Shown here: positions 16,963 to 26,228 of the stretch, piece by piece
Layout of the letters: every line of letters begins with the position of its first letter
Position numbering within the stretch: the first letter of the stretch is position 1
Sequence record: PQ898602.1
DNA length: 64,000 nt
Strand: one strand, 5' to 3'
Notes under the pieces: model-generated
What the model was told of the DNA's origin: nothing
What the model saw: only the letters and a program-made list of their open reading frames with translations
Databases searched by the model: none
Made by a program: the position numbers and the translations under genes

Positions 16963-17810
16963 ATCGTATCGAAGATTATGCAGAACTGACTGACAACATT
17001 GTTAAGTGGATTTCTGATTATTGTTTGTTGAATAAAAGGAAGACCCTAGTTGTGGGGATCTCTGGGGGTATCGACTCCTCGGTGGTCTCCACTCTCAGTG
17101 CATTGACAGGTATGAAAACCTACGTGGTTGGTATGCCTATCAATCAGATTGAGGGTCAAGAAGAACTTTCTGATGCCCATGGTGAATGGTTGCAGTCAAG
17201 ATTCAGTAATGTTACTTTTGTCAAGACTGACATGAGTAAAGTCTATGATAGTTTTCTTCAAACTATCAATGATGATATTGGTGCTAGATATGCGACTGAT
17301 AAACTCGCACAAGCCAATACCCGTTCCAGATTCAGGATGGTAACCTTATATCAGATTGCTGCATCTGTTGGAGGTATTGTCATCGGTACTGGAAACAAAG
17401 TAGAAGACTATGGAGTTGGTTTTTACACTAAGTATGGTGATGGTGGCATTGATATTGCTCCGATTGCTGATCTTTATAAAACAGAAGTTTGGGAACTAGG
17501 TGAAAGTCTAGGTATTGATCCACGTATCGTTTCTGCTGCACCAACTGATGGTCTTTGGGATGATGGACGTACTGATACTGATCAACTCGGTGTATCATAT
17601 GAACTCTTAGAGTGGGTCATGGAGTCTGGTGTTGCTGAGTGGATGCAAGGTAACCCTGAGGAACTTACTCAATGGCAAGGTAATGATCTTACTTCAGATC
17701 AGAAAGAAGCCATTGATCAGTACCGAAAGTTCCATAGACAAAATCGTCACAAGATGGATCCTATCCCCACATATAAAGTAGAATTTAAACCCGCACCTCA
17801 TTTTGTATAA
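16959..17810 (+). CDS. nadE: NH3-dependent NAD+ synthetase
   Basis: GISGGIDS, ANTRSRFRM, GTGNKVE, FYTKYGDGG, PIADLYKTEV, PTDGLW, DQLG.SY. Confidence 0.92.
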   Translation: MNRIEDYAELTDNIVKWISDYCLLNKRKTLVVGISGGIDSSVVSTLSALTGMKTYVVGMPINQIEGQEELSDAHGEWLQSRFSNVTFVKTDMSKVYDSFLQTINDDIGARYATDKLAQANTRSRFRMVTLYQIAASVGGIVIGTGNKVEDYGVGFYTKYGDGGIDIAPIADLYKTEVWELGESLGIDPRIVSAAPTDGLWDDGRTDTDQLGVSYELLEWVMESGVAEWMQGNPEELTQWQGNDLTSDQKEAIDQYRKFHRQNRHKMDPIPTYKVEFKPAPHFV

Positions 17811-17816
17811 AAAGTC

Positions 17817-18962
17817 ATGAAGATTGGTCTTATTGGTGCAGGACGACTTGGTATCTGTCTCGCTCTCTTGATTGAGAGGGCGGGATATAATGTTTTGGTA
17901 TCTGATATTCGTCCTGACTATGTTGCTGCATTAAATAAGAAACAGATAACCACGGAAGAACCCGATGTCCAATGGCTCCTCAGACAAACAGAATGGTTCG
18001 AGGCAACGTGGGACAACCAACGTGTCATCAACGAATGCGACCTTATTATTTGTCTTGTTGCAACTCCTTCTCGTAGTGATGGTTCTTATAATGTAGATGC
18101 CGTTTGGGAAGTTATAGAAGACTTCAAAGATTCAGAAGCGAAACTCAATGGAAAGACTTTGGTCATTGGTTGTACAACCAATCCTGGAGATTGCGAGAAG
18201 TTCCAAGAACACTTGGACTACTTCGGTGTGAGTGTTGTTTACAATCCCGAGTTCATCGCACAAGGAACAATCATAAGAGATTTGCAGAATGCAGACATGG
18301 TTCTCATTGGTGGTGCTGATGATGAGACCTTTGAGACTATGCAAAGAATCTATGAAAAAATTCAAGCACGCCCACCTCGGTGGGGTCGAATGTCTACAAC
18401 TGCTGCAGAACTTGTAAAGATTGCAGTCAATTGTTTCGTCACTACGAAGATTAGTTTTGCAAACATGGTCGGTGAGGTCATGATTGGTGCAGGACTTGAT
18501 GAGGAGATCGATACAGTTCTTCGTGCGATTGGTGACGACTCCCGAATCGGAAATAAATATCTCAAGTACGGGTATGGATTTGGTGGTCCATGTCTTCCCA
18601 GAGACAATCGTGCCTTTGCATCGTTTGCATCAAAGGTAGGAGTCAAGTATAATCTGGGTGATACTACTGATAACTTCAACAAAGAACACGCAAAGTTCCT
18701 GAAGAATTACTATATCAAACAGAACAAGGATAGTAGTGCATTCTACTTCCGATATGTCTCGTACAAACCTGGTACTGATATCCTGACTGAGAGTCAGCAG
18801 TATCGTCTATGTGTAGATCTTCTATATGAAGGTTACACCTGTTATGTTGATGATGTTGATAGTATTATTGCTCAACTGAAACAGGATCCTAGACTTAATG
18901 TCACCAGACTTAAGTTCGGGAAACCACCAGAACATGAACACGTTATTGAAATTAATCTATGA
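17817..18962 (+). CDS. ugd: UDP-glucose/GDP-mannose 6-dehydrogenase family
   Basis: GAGRLG, YNPEFIAQG, AELVKIAVN, GYGFGGPCLPRD. Confidence 0.9.
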   Translation: MKIGLIGAGRLGICLALLIERAGYNVLVSDIRPDYVAALNKKQITTEEPDVQWLLRQTEWFEATWDNQRVINECDLIICLVATPSRSDGSYNVDAVWEVIEDFKDSEAKLNGKTLVIGCTTNPGDCEKFQEHLDYFGVSVVYNPEFIAQGTIIRDLQNADMVLIGGADDETFETMQRIYEKIQARPPRWGRMSTTAAELVKIAVNCFVTTKISFANMVGEVMIGAGLDEEIDTVLRAIGDDSRIGNKYLKYGYGFGGPCLPRDNRAFASFASKVGVKYNLGDTTDNFNKEHAKFLKNYYIKQNKDSSAFYFRYVSYKPGTDILTESQQYRLCVDLLYEGYTCYVDDVDSIIAQLKQDPRLNVTRLKFGKPPEHEHVIEINL

Positions 18963-19819
18963 TTGGGTATAATAGACTTGGTAATAATGGACGTTTGGGA
19001 AACCAGATGTTCCAATATGCCTCATTGAGAGGTATTGCAGCGAAGAATGGATACGATTGGTGTATCCCGCCCGAAGACTGCCAACATAAAGATAACTATG
19101 GTCTTTTTGAAACTTTCAAGATGACCAACGTTGGCCCCAAGAATCTTGGATTTGTTCAAGGTGATTATGTTCAGGAGAACGATCATTGTTTCCTTCCTGA
19201 CTTCTTCGATAAACTACCTGACAATGTAAGTCTGGATGGATACTTCCAGACAGAAAAGTATTTTTCTCACATTGCAAATGAGATCCATGAAGATTTCACA
19301 TTTAGAGAAGATTATCTCGATCCTTGTACAGAGTTCATTAATAGTCTGGATAGGCCTCCTATTTTTCTGCATATTCGTCAGTCCGATAATATTGGACGAG
19401 AGGAATACCACCCCATCCTCCCTATTTCATATTTTGAAGAAGCACTGAAAGAGTTTCCTGAAGATACTCCTTGTTTTGTTCTCACCGACGATTTGGAATG
19501 GTGTAAGAAACAAGAGTTCTTCCAACAGGATAGATTCCTGTTCAATGAAAGTAATGGTAGATATACTTACAAGACCATTGATGGTACTGGTCGTATGCAG
19601 AACACTCTTCTTCCTCAGGTAGATCTCTGTCTGATGAGTTTGTGTTCTGGTGCCATCATTGCAAACTCATCCTTCTCTTGGTGGGGTGCCTGGTTGCAGA
19701 AGAATAGAGGTAAGATTGTTGCTCCAGATCCTGATAAGTGGTTTGGTACTGCAATGACTAACCTAGATACCTCAGACATCGTGCCTGATCGTTGGATTGT
19801 ACAAGAGTGGAGTAAGTAA
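18959..19819 (+). CDS. alpha-1,2-fucosyltransferase-like GT11, copy 1
   Basis: GRLGNQMFQYA, GYFQTEKYF, HIR, IIANSSFSWWGAWL. Confidence 0.88.
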   Translation: MIGYNRLGNNGRLGNQMFQYASLRGIAAKNGYDWCIPPEDCQHKDNYGLFETFKMTNVGPKNLGFVQGDYVQENDHCFLPDFFDKLPDNVSLDGYFQTEKYFSHIANEIHEDFTFREDYLDPCTEFINSLDRPPIFLHIRQSDNIGREEYHPILPISYFEEALKEFPEDTPCFVLTDDLEWCKKQEFFQQDRFLFNESNGRYTYKTIDGTGRMQNTLLPQVDLCLMSLCSGAIIANSSFSWWGAWLQKNRGKIVAPDPDKWFGTAMTNLDTSDIVPDRWIVQEWSK

Positions 19820-20715
19820 TGGCTGTAACATTTAAAGGGCTTGGTAATGAAGGTCGTCTGGGTAACCAGATGTTCCAATATGCATTCATCCGTGGAGTCG
19901 CTGCTAATCGTGGATTTGACTGGATGATTCCTCCTGAAGATGCAGATCGACTAGACAACTATGGTCTGTTTGATGCATTTGAACTAACTAACTGTGATCT
20001 AAATAAGAACACTGGAGAACCCTTCTACAAGACTGTAGAGTATAGGGACATGCATTTCAACGAAGAAATCTATGAACGTTGCGAAGACAATACCAATTTC
20101 TCTGGGAATTTCCAAACAGAAAAGTACTTCGATGCAATCGCTCCGTCTATCCGTGAGGATTTCACTTTTAAAAAGGCGTACCTGGAACCGTGTCAAGAGT
20201 TTGTTGATTCTCTTGGTGGACGTGATCAGTGCATCTTTTTGCACGTTCGTAGAGGTAACCCAAACCTTACTGGGCGGAGAGGGGAAAAGTGGTCTTACCA
20301 GATGGTGCAAGAGTACCACCCACTCTGTAAAGCTGACTATTATGATAGGGCGCTCCAAGAGTTCCCCGAAGACAAACAAGTCATCGTCGTCTCTGACGTA
20401 ATCGATTGGTGTAAGAAACAACCTTATCTTCAGGGAGATCGATTCCACTTCTCTGATGCATCTTATGAAGAGTTTGGTGATGGTGCTTCTGTGCCATATA
20501 TCGATCTTTGTTTGATGACTCTCTGTGGTGGTGCTATCATCGCCAACTCTTCTCTGTCTTGGTGGGGTGCATGGTTGCAAGGAGACGCAGGAAAGGTGGT
20601 TGCACCAGATCCCTGGTTTGGACCTGCATATTCCCACTACAATATGAAGGATATGATTCCAGAACGATGGGTTAAACTTCATAACGATCCCCGACCCATC
20701 CCTGCTGAACGATGA
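19819..20715 (+). CDS. GT11, copy 2
   Basis: GRLGNQMFQYA, HVRRG, ANSSLSWWGAWL. Confidence 0.88.
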   Translation: MAVTFKGLGNEGRLGNQMFQYAFIRGVAANRGFDWMIPPEDADRLDNYGLFDAFELTNCDLNKNTGEPFYKTVEYRDMHFNEEIYERCEDNTNFSGNFQTEKYFDAIAPSIREDFTFKKAYLEPCQEFVDSLGGRDQCIFLHVRRGNPNLTGRRGEKWSYQMVQEYHPLCKADYYDRALQEFPEDKQVIVVSDVIDWCKKQPYLQGDRFHFSDASYEEFGDGASVPYIDLCLMTLCGGAIIANSSLSWWGAWLQGDAGKVVAPDPWFGPAYSHYNMKDMIPERWVKLHNDPRPIPAER

Positions 20716-21536
20716 AAGATTTAACATTCCTATTACCATGTCGTATTGAATCTGAAGATAGACTCAAGAACGTCATTACATCGACTACATATCTACTGAA
20801 GAACTTCCCTGATGCAAAAGTAATTGTAAAGGAAGTAGATGTTAGATCACACTTCAAATTCAGAGCATTACCAGTCATTCAAAAGTATGTTGGTACTCAA
20901 AAACTGAGACATATTTTTGAAGAAAGTGAAGAAAGGTTCTTTCACAAGACTCGCATCCTGAATGATCTTCTGGTTGCTGCAGACACAGACATCGTGTATA
21001 ATCATGATGTAGATGTAGTACTGCCTAAAAAGAGTTACGAGATTGCATACAATGCAATTAAGAACCAAGGTGTAGACTGCATGTATCCTTTTGGTGCAGG
21101 TGTCTATCAATGGGCTGTAAACTACTCTGAGCCCGTTTTCAATCAGTTCCTGGATTCTAACTTTGACTTCGATGTCTTAACTGACTCAAAGTTTAGAGTT
21201 GCTTCTTCTATTGGTTGGGGACAAATGTTGAAGAGAGAAGTGGAAATCAAAGCAGGACTCTGGAATGAGAACTTTATCTCATGGGGTGCTGAGGATTGTG
21301 AGTTCTACTTCAGACTTTGTTCTCTCGGATTCAAGGTAGGTAGAGTCGTTGCAGACATCTACCACTTTGAACATGGTAGAACTTTCAACTCCCATTATCA
21401 CAATCCAAAATTCATGGATAACCACAACCTGTGGCAATCAATCAGGACGTGGGATTCAACCAAACTCAAAAACTATTATCGATCACAAGATTACATTCGC
21501 CAGAGAGGAGACCAGTTAAATGTTAGCGTTCAATGA
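20712..21536 (+). CDS. glycosyltransferase (GT2/GT7-C galactosyltransferase-like)
   Basis: DRLKN, HDVDV, WNENFISWGAEDCEF, YHFEH. Confidence 0.8.
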   Translation: MKDLTFLLPCRIESEDRLKNVITSTTYLLKNFPDAKVIVKEVDVRSHFKFRALPVIQKYVGTQKLRHIFEESEERFFHKTRILNDLLVAADTDIVYNHDVDVVLPKKSYEIAYNAIKNQGVDCMYPFGAGVYQWAVNYSEPVFNQFLDSNFDFDVLTDSKFRVASSIGWGQMLKREVEIKAGLWNENFISWGAEDCEFYFRLCSLGFKVGRVVADIYHFEHGRTFNSHYHNPKFMDNHNLWQSIRTWDSTKLKNYYRSQDYIRQRGDQLNVSVQ

Positions 21537-22374
21537 ACTAGGTAATAGTGGTCGTCTGGGTAACCAGATGTTCCAGTATGCAGCCCTAAGAGGTATTGCT
21601 GCAAACAAAGGATATGACTGGTGTATTCCACCTTTCGGTATCCAACGCATTGACAACTATAGTCTTGCGAATTGTTTCCTCATGGAAGATGTAAAGTCCA
21701 CAAACCAGTATCTTCTGGATCGTGGATTTGCTCCTGTGGTTATGGAGAAACAATATCACTTTGATCAGGAACTTCTTGATCTCTGCCCCAATGATGTTTC
21801 CATTCAAGGATTCTTTCAAACTGAAAAGTACTTTGCAGGTATCCGTGATGTGATCCGCAAAGAGTTTACTTTCCATGAAGATCTGGTGACTCCTATTGTT
21901 GAGTTCTTGAATGAACTCAAAGATCCTATCTTCCTTCATGTTCGTCGTGGTGACCCCAATCTTGTAGATGCCCGTGGATTCAAATGGTCTTACACTCAAT
22001 GCTCTTCGCAACATCCTCCTCAGACTCTGGAATACTATGAGGAAGCCCTCAAGAGGTTCCCAGAGGATCAGGAAGTTGTAATCGTCTCAGACTCGCCTGA
22101 GTGGGTCATGGAACAAGAACTCTTCAAACCCGATAGGTTCTACGTCTCTACACCCGAAGAGAAGTATCCTGATGGTTCCTACACCCCTTATGTGGACCTG
22201 TCTATTATGGCTCATTGTAAGGGTGGTATTATTGCAAACTCGTCTCTCTCCTGGTGGGGTGCTTGGTTGCAGAATGGTGCTGGTAAGATTATCGCACCTA
22301 AGAATTGGTTCGGACCTGACTATGCCGACAAAGACACCAGTGATCTGTATTGTGAGGGTTGGGAAGTTATCTGA
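21520..22374 (+). CDS. GT11, copy 3
   Basis: GRLGNQMFQYA, HVRRGD, ANSSLSWWGAWL. Confidence 0.88.
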   Translation: MLAFNELGNSGRLGNQMFQYAALRGIAANKGYDWCIPPFGIQRIDNYSLANCFLMEDVKSTNQYLLDRGFAPVVMEKQYHFDQELLDLCPNDVSIQGFFQTEKYFAGIRDVIRKEFTFHEDLVTPIVEFLNELKDPIFLHVRRGDPNLVDARGFKWSYTQCSSQHPPQTLEYYEEALKRFPEDQEVVIVSDSPEWVMEQELFKPDRFYVSTPEEKYPDGSYTPYVDLSIMAHCKGGIIANSSLSWWGAWLQNGAGKIIAPKNWFGPDYADKDTSDLYCEGWEVI

Positions 22375-23165
22375 TGGATAAGAATAAGTCCGTATCTAAA
22401 CTCAATGGTATGGGACCAATCTATTATATTAATCTAGATGGTCAACCAGAACGAAGGGAATACATGGAGAACATGTTTGCCCACTGGGAAATTACCGATT
22501 ATGAAAGAATCTCTGCCTACGATGGTAGAGAAGATGATCTGAGTGATATTCTCACTGGTAGATATCCTCAGAACATGAGTTCTGGTGAGATTGGATGTAC
22601 GACATCTCACCTGAAACTTCTTAAACATTTTCTAGAAACTTCCGATGCACCATATTGTGTGGTCATGGAAGATGATGTTGATATTAACACTGCAAAGTTC
22701 TGGTCATTTTCTTGGAATCAGTTCCTTGCACGGGTTCCTTATGACTATGATGTAGTTCAACTTGCAGTGATCTGCCCTGGAACTCTTCATGTCAACCTCC
22801 ACAGGAGATTCGTTAATGACTTCTCCACCGCCTGCTACATGATCACTCGCCATCATGCGGAAAAGGTAGTAAGGTTACATTGTCGAGGTGACAAGTACAA
22901 ACTGGATCACGCAGTCAAACCCCGTGCAGTCGCGGATGATTTGATTTACAATTCAGGAAATACTTTTGCCATTCCTATCTTTCTCTATAAGATTGAGATG
23001 GGTTCATCAATCCACCCAGAACACATTGAGGTCTTCCACAGAGGTTCCCATGATGGTCTGAGAGACCTTTGGCTTACCCGAGGATCTGATCTTGAGATTG
23101 ATCGACTCATGGATTTTGACCCATATCTAGGTCGGACATCCGAAAAACAACAACAAGTGACTTGA
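22374..23165 (+). CDS. glycosyltransferase family 25 (LPS biosynthesis-like)
   Basis: YYINLD...ERR, GEIGC..SH, VVMEDDV. Confidence 0.85.
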   Translation: MDKNKSVSKLNGMGPIYYINLDGQPERREYMENMFAHWEITDYERISAYDGREDDLSDILTGRYPQNMSSGEIGCTTSHLKLLKHFLETSDAPYCVVMEDDVDINTAKFWSFSWNQFLARVPYDYDVVQLAVICPGTLHVNLHRRFVNDFSTACYMITRHHAEKVVRLHCRGDKYKLDHAVKPRAVADDLIYNSGNTFAIPIFLYKIEMGSSIHPEHIEVFHRGSHDGLRDLWLTRGSDLEIDRLMDFDPYLGRTSEKQQQVT

Positions 23166-23195
23166 CAATACTCAAAAATTAAGTTACTATAAATA
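23162..23195 (+). promoter_or_regulatory. overlapping early (TTGACA-N17-TACTAT) and late (TATAAATA) promoters
   Basis: TTGACA 23162, TACTAT 23185, TATAAATA 23188. Confidence 0.7.
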
Positions 23196-23310
23196 AATTG
23201 TCACACTGGTAGTGTGCCAGTTGTTGACATTACTTAACAACGGAACCATGTCGAGGTTCCTTTCATCCGTAGGTTTAACTCTACGAGACATAATTACGAG
23301 GTACAAACTA

Positions 23311-23688
23311 ATGTTCAAATCTGTATTCGCAGCTGTCGCTGCTGCTCCTTTCCTTGCGTCCGCTGCCCTTGCAGGCCCTTACGTAAACGTCGAGACCAAT
23401 GCTGGCTGGACTGGTGATGACTACACCGGCGCCACCACAGACGCTCACGTTGGCTACGAAGGCGCCCTTGGTGATTCTGGTGCATCCTACTACGTTCAGG
23501 GTGGCCCTGCTATCGTTTCTGTTGATGGTGAAGAACTCTCCACCCGTTTCTCTGGTAAAGCCGGTGTTGGCATCCCCGTGACGGATGCACTCGGTGTATA
23601 TGGTGAAGTCAGCTTCATTACCGCAGAAGACGAGTTCCTGGATGACCTGGGTGTCGGCGGTAAGTTGGGCGTTAAGTACAACTTCTGA
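23311..23688 (+). CDS. small outer-membrane beta-barrel protein
   Basis: Signal peptide ...ASAALA-GPYVNVE; ends GVKYNF. Confidence 0.7.
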   Translation: MFKSVFAAVAAAPFLASAALAGPYVNVETNAGWTGDDYTGATTDAHVGYEGALGDSGASYYVQGGPAIVSVDGEELSTRFSGKAGVGIPVTDALGVYGEVSFITAEDEFLDDLGVGGKLGVKYNF

Positions 23689-23712
23689 TCCTTAAATTAG
23701 GATATCCTAACC

Positions 23713-23736
23713 ACCTCCCTAAGGGGAGGTTTTTTT
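23713..23736 (+). terminator. intrinsic terminator
   Basis: ACCTCCC-TAAG-GGGAGGT followed by T-run. Confidence 0.8.
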
Positions 23737-23750
23737 ATGGTTAAAAATAG

Positions 23751-23824
23751 TTTAACCTTGTCAATATATTATGAGGTCTTTCTTAACTACTTCTTAGTGG
23801 ACATAGACTTCAGGTTAAGTTAAG
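23751..23824 (+). promoter_or_regulatory. possible Pho-box-like (SphR) half sites upstream of the omp-pstS pair
   Basis: TTTAACCT 23751; CTTAACTA 23782 and CTTAGTGG 23793 at 11-bp spacing; inverted GGTTAAG 23813; only partial matches. Confidence 0.3.
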
Positions 23825-23857
23825 ATATTCAAGTACAAAACACAAAGGTACAAACAA

Positions 23858-24226
23858 ATGAAAGCATTCGCAGTTGCCCTGCTCGGTTTGGCGGTTACCG
23901 CCCCCGCAATGGCAGGTCCATACGTATCCACCAAGTCCGAATTCAAGGGTGACGAGGAAGGGTATGCTAAAACAGTTCATCAAGGACGCCTGGGTTATGG
24001 GTGGAAACTTGAAAGTGGTATCAAACCATACGTTGAAGTTGGTGGTGGTCTCTCCGCTGCTGATGGTGTAGAAGTCTTCGATGGTGATACCTTCACTGTT
24101 GCTGAAGTCGGTGCAGCAATCCCCATTACCGAAAAACTTTCTGCAAAGGCAAAGTTTGAACATAAGTGGGGTCAAGATGAAGCCCGCGATTGGAAGTTTG
24201 AAGTCGGCACCAAGTACAAGTTCTGA
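23858..24226 (+). CDS. small outer-membrane beta-barrel protein (paralogue of 23311)
   Basis: Signal peptide ...APAMA-GPYVS; ends GTKYKF. Confidence 0.7.
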   Translation: MKAFAVALLGLAVTAPAMAGPYVSTKSEFKGDEEGYAKTVHQGRLGYGWKLESGIKPYVEVGGGLSAADGVEVFDGDTFTVAEVGAAIPITEKLSAKAKFEHKWGQDEARDWKFEVGTKYKF

Positions 24227-24236
24227 TAGGAAATAA

Positions 24237-25205
24237 ATGAAACTCAAAGCACTCGCAGCAGTTATTGCTGCCACCCCTCTCATGGTTGCCTGTGGTTCTT
24301 CCACAGAGAAAGCAGAAACGTTTAAACTAAATGGAGCAGGTGCTACCTTCCCTGCCCCTCTATACAACTCCTGGTTCCAAGATATGGCTAAGGAGACGGG
24401 TAACCAAGTCAACTATCAAGCAGTTGGTAGTGGTTCTGGTGTTCGTCAGTATCATGCTAAGACTGTTGACTTTGGTGCCAGTGATGGTGCTGTGAGTGAT
24501 GCCAAACAGAAACTGCCGATGGTCCACGTACCTATGACTGGTGGTGCTATTGTTCCTGCATACAACTATCCTGGTTGTGATGCCAAGATGACTCAGACAC
24601 AACTTGCTGATGTCTTCCTTGGTAAGATTACTAACTGGTCTGCCTTCGGGTGTGATGATAAGAATATCGTCACTGTATGGAGGTCTGATGGCTCGGGCAC
24701 CACCAAAGGTTTTACCAACTCTCTGTCCGCTTTCTCTCCTGAGTGGAAGAAGAATGTAGGAACTGGTAAGGCAGTTGCTTGGCCAGTTGGTGTTGGTGGT
24801 AAAGGTAACTCTGGTGTTGCTGCCACTATCAAGAATCAACCTGGTTCTATTGGTTATCTAAATTATGGTTATGTAAATGGTGGAAAGTTCCAACAGGTTG
24901 CCCTCCAGAACAAGGCAGGAAACTTCGTCAAAGCAGATGCTGCAACCTCTGCTGCTGGACTTAGTAAGATTGTACTTGACGATCAGCTTCGTGGGGCTGA
25001 CCCTAACCCTGCTGGTGATAATGCTTACCCGATTGTTTCATTGACTTGGATCCTTGCCTATCCAGAGTCGTCTCCTGGTGTCAAGGAAACCCTTCGTTAT
25101 ATGTTGAGCGAAAAGTCACAGGCAAAGTCTGATGCTTTGGGATATGTACCTCTCCCAGAGGATCTTCGACAAAAGGCTCTTGCTGCTGTAGACTCTATCA
25201 ACTAA
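24237..25205 (+). CDS. pstS: phosphate ABC transporter substrate-binding lipoprotein
   Basis: Lipobox MVAC, GAGATFPAPLY, GSGSG, DFGASD, RSDGSGTT. Confidence 0.96.
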   Translation: MKLKALAAVIAATPLMVACGSSTEKAETFKLNGAGATFPAPLYNSWFQDMAKETGNQVNYQAVGSGSGVRQYHAKTVDFGASDGAVSDAKQKLPMVHVPMTGGAIVPAYNYPGCDAKMTQTQLADVFLGKITNWSAFGCDDKNIVTVWRSDGSGTTKGFTNSLSAFSPEWKKNVGTGKAVAWPVGVGGKGNSGVAATIKNQPGSIGYLNYGYVNGGKFQQVALQNKAGNFVKADAATSAAGLSKIVLDDQLRGADPNPAGDNAYPIVSLTWILAYPESSPGVKETLRYMLSEKSQAKSDALGYVPLPEDLRQKALAAVDSIN

Positions 25206-25241
25206 TAGTAGTATAATGGGGAATAACCTTCCCCTTTTTTT

Positions 25242-25442
25242 ATGAAAAAGAAAGTACAAAAGATGTTGGAATGGTTCTATCAGGATTCTGATAGGGGTGT
25301 GCAAAATATTTCCGAGTGTAGAAGTCTCTACGATCTTGTGGAGAAACTCCAATATCGACTTGAAGATATGGAGAATGAACACATGCAACTCATAGTTCGG
25401 ATTGCCCATCTTGAAGGAAAGTTGGAGAATCACCAACATTAG
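25242..25442 (+). CDS. hypothetical coiled-coil protein
   Basis: 66 aa ORF after a hairpin and T-run. Confidence 0.55.
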   Translation: MKKKVQKMLEWFYQDSDRGVQNISECRSLYDLVEKLQYRLEDMENEHMQLIVRIAHLEGKLENHQH

Positions 25443-25465
25443 TATTCGTCACTACAAAGGATCTC

Positions 25466-25494
25466 TTGCCAGGGGTTCTTTTTTACTATATAAT
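25466..25494 (+). promoter_or_regulatory. sigma70-like early promoter
   Basis: TTGCCA-N17-TATAAT before the hli cluster. Confidence 0.65.
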
Positions 25495-25521
25495 ATGTAA
25501 AGATTTGTTACTGGAGGTAAC

Positions 25522-25740
25522 ATGACTGTAACGACCAACGAACACGGACAACAAAATTTGTTCGCAAGAGAACCACAAATGTACGTCTCTAAGACCGACG
25601 CTGAGCGTTATGGTTACGAGACCTATGCAGAACGTGCAGAGAAACTGAATGGTCGTGTTGCCATGCTTGGTTTTATCGCCGCAGTACTTTCTTACGCTAC
25701 CACTGGTAGTCTTTTCTTCTTTGGAGCATTCGGTATCTGA
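25522..25740 (+). CDS. hli: high-light inducible protein
   Basis: AEKLNGRVAMLGF. Confidence 0.92.
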   Translation: MTVTTNEHGQQNLFAREPQMYVSKTDAERYGYETYAERAEKLNGRVAMLGFIAAVLSYATTGSLFFFGAFGI

Positions 25741-25961
25741 TGGAAAACTCCCTTCTTGAAATTCTCACTTATTATGTTATTGGAGGTGCCCTTTTAGTTG
25801 GTGCCCCAGGAGTATTCTTTTTCATTGTATTCCAACCCGCCCTTCAAAATACTAAGGGTCGAATGGTTGGATACAAAGACCACAAAACATATGGTGATTC
25901 TTCTATCTACGAAAACACACCAAGTGACAACACTAAGTTTTTTCTTGTACTAGATAGTTGA
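25740..25961 (+). CDS. hypothetical membrane protein
   Basis: 73 aa, one TM. Confidence 0.6.
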   Translation: MENSLLEILTYYVIGGALLVGAPGVFFFIVFQPALQNTKGRMVGYKDHKTYGDSSIYENTPSDNTKFFLVLDS

Positions 25962-25975
25962 AACGCTTTAATATT

Positions 25976-26128
25976 ATGACCAACGAAAACGCTCTCTGGG
26001 AAGACATGCGTAAACTCAATGCCCTATACGAAGAACTCTGCTGGGGGCACGATGATGAACTAGTATTCACTCACGAAGAAGGCAGAGTCGTAATCTTTAA
26101 CAAAACTCAGGAGAAAACCAATGACTGA
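25976..26128 (+). CDS. hypothetical protein (50 aa)
   Basis: Hand-translated MTNENALWEDMRKLNALYEELCWGHDD... Confidence 0.55.
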   Translation: MTNENALWEDMRKLNALYEELCWGHDDELVFTHEEGRVVIFNKTQEKTND

Positions 26129-26228
26129 AAGAGCAGAACGTATTAATGGTTGGGCAGCAATGCTCGGAGTAGTTGCAGCAATGGGTTCCTATGCCGCAAC
26201 TGGTCAGATTATCCCTGGCATTTGGTGA
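26121..26228 (+). CDS. hli: minimal high-light inducible protein (35 aa)
   Basis: MTERAERINGWAAMLG...TGQIIPGIW; missed by ORF track; SD AGGAG upstream. Confidence 0.9.
   Translation: MTERAERINGWAAMLGVVAAMGSYAATGQIIPGIW

Noticed and set aside
19999-20739. Long minus-strand ORFs such as 19999..20739, 37294..37866, 24360..24839 and 21586..22014
   Set aside because: Antisense shadows of well-supported + strand genes, with no motifs or start signals; only kdsA has independent family motifs
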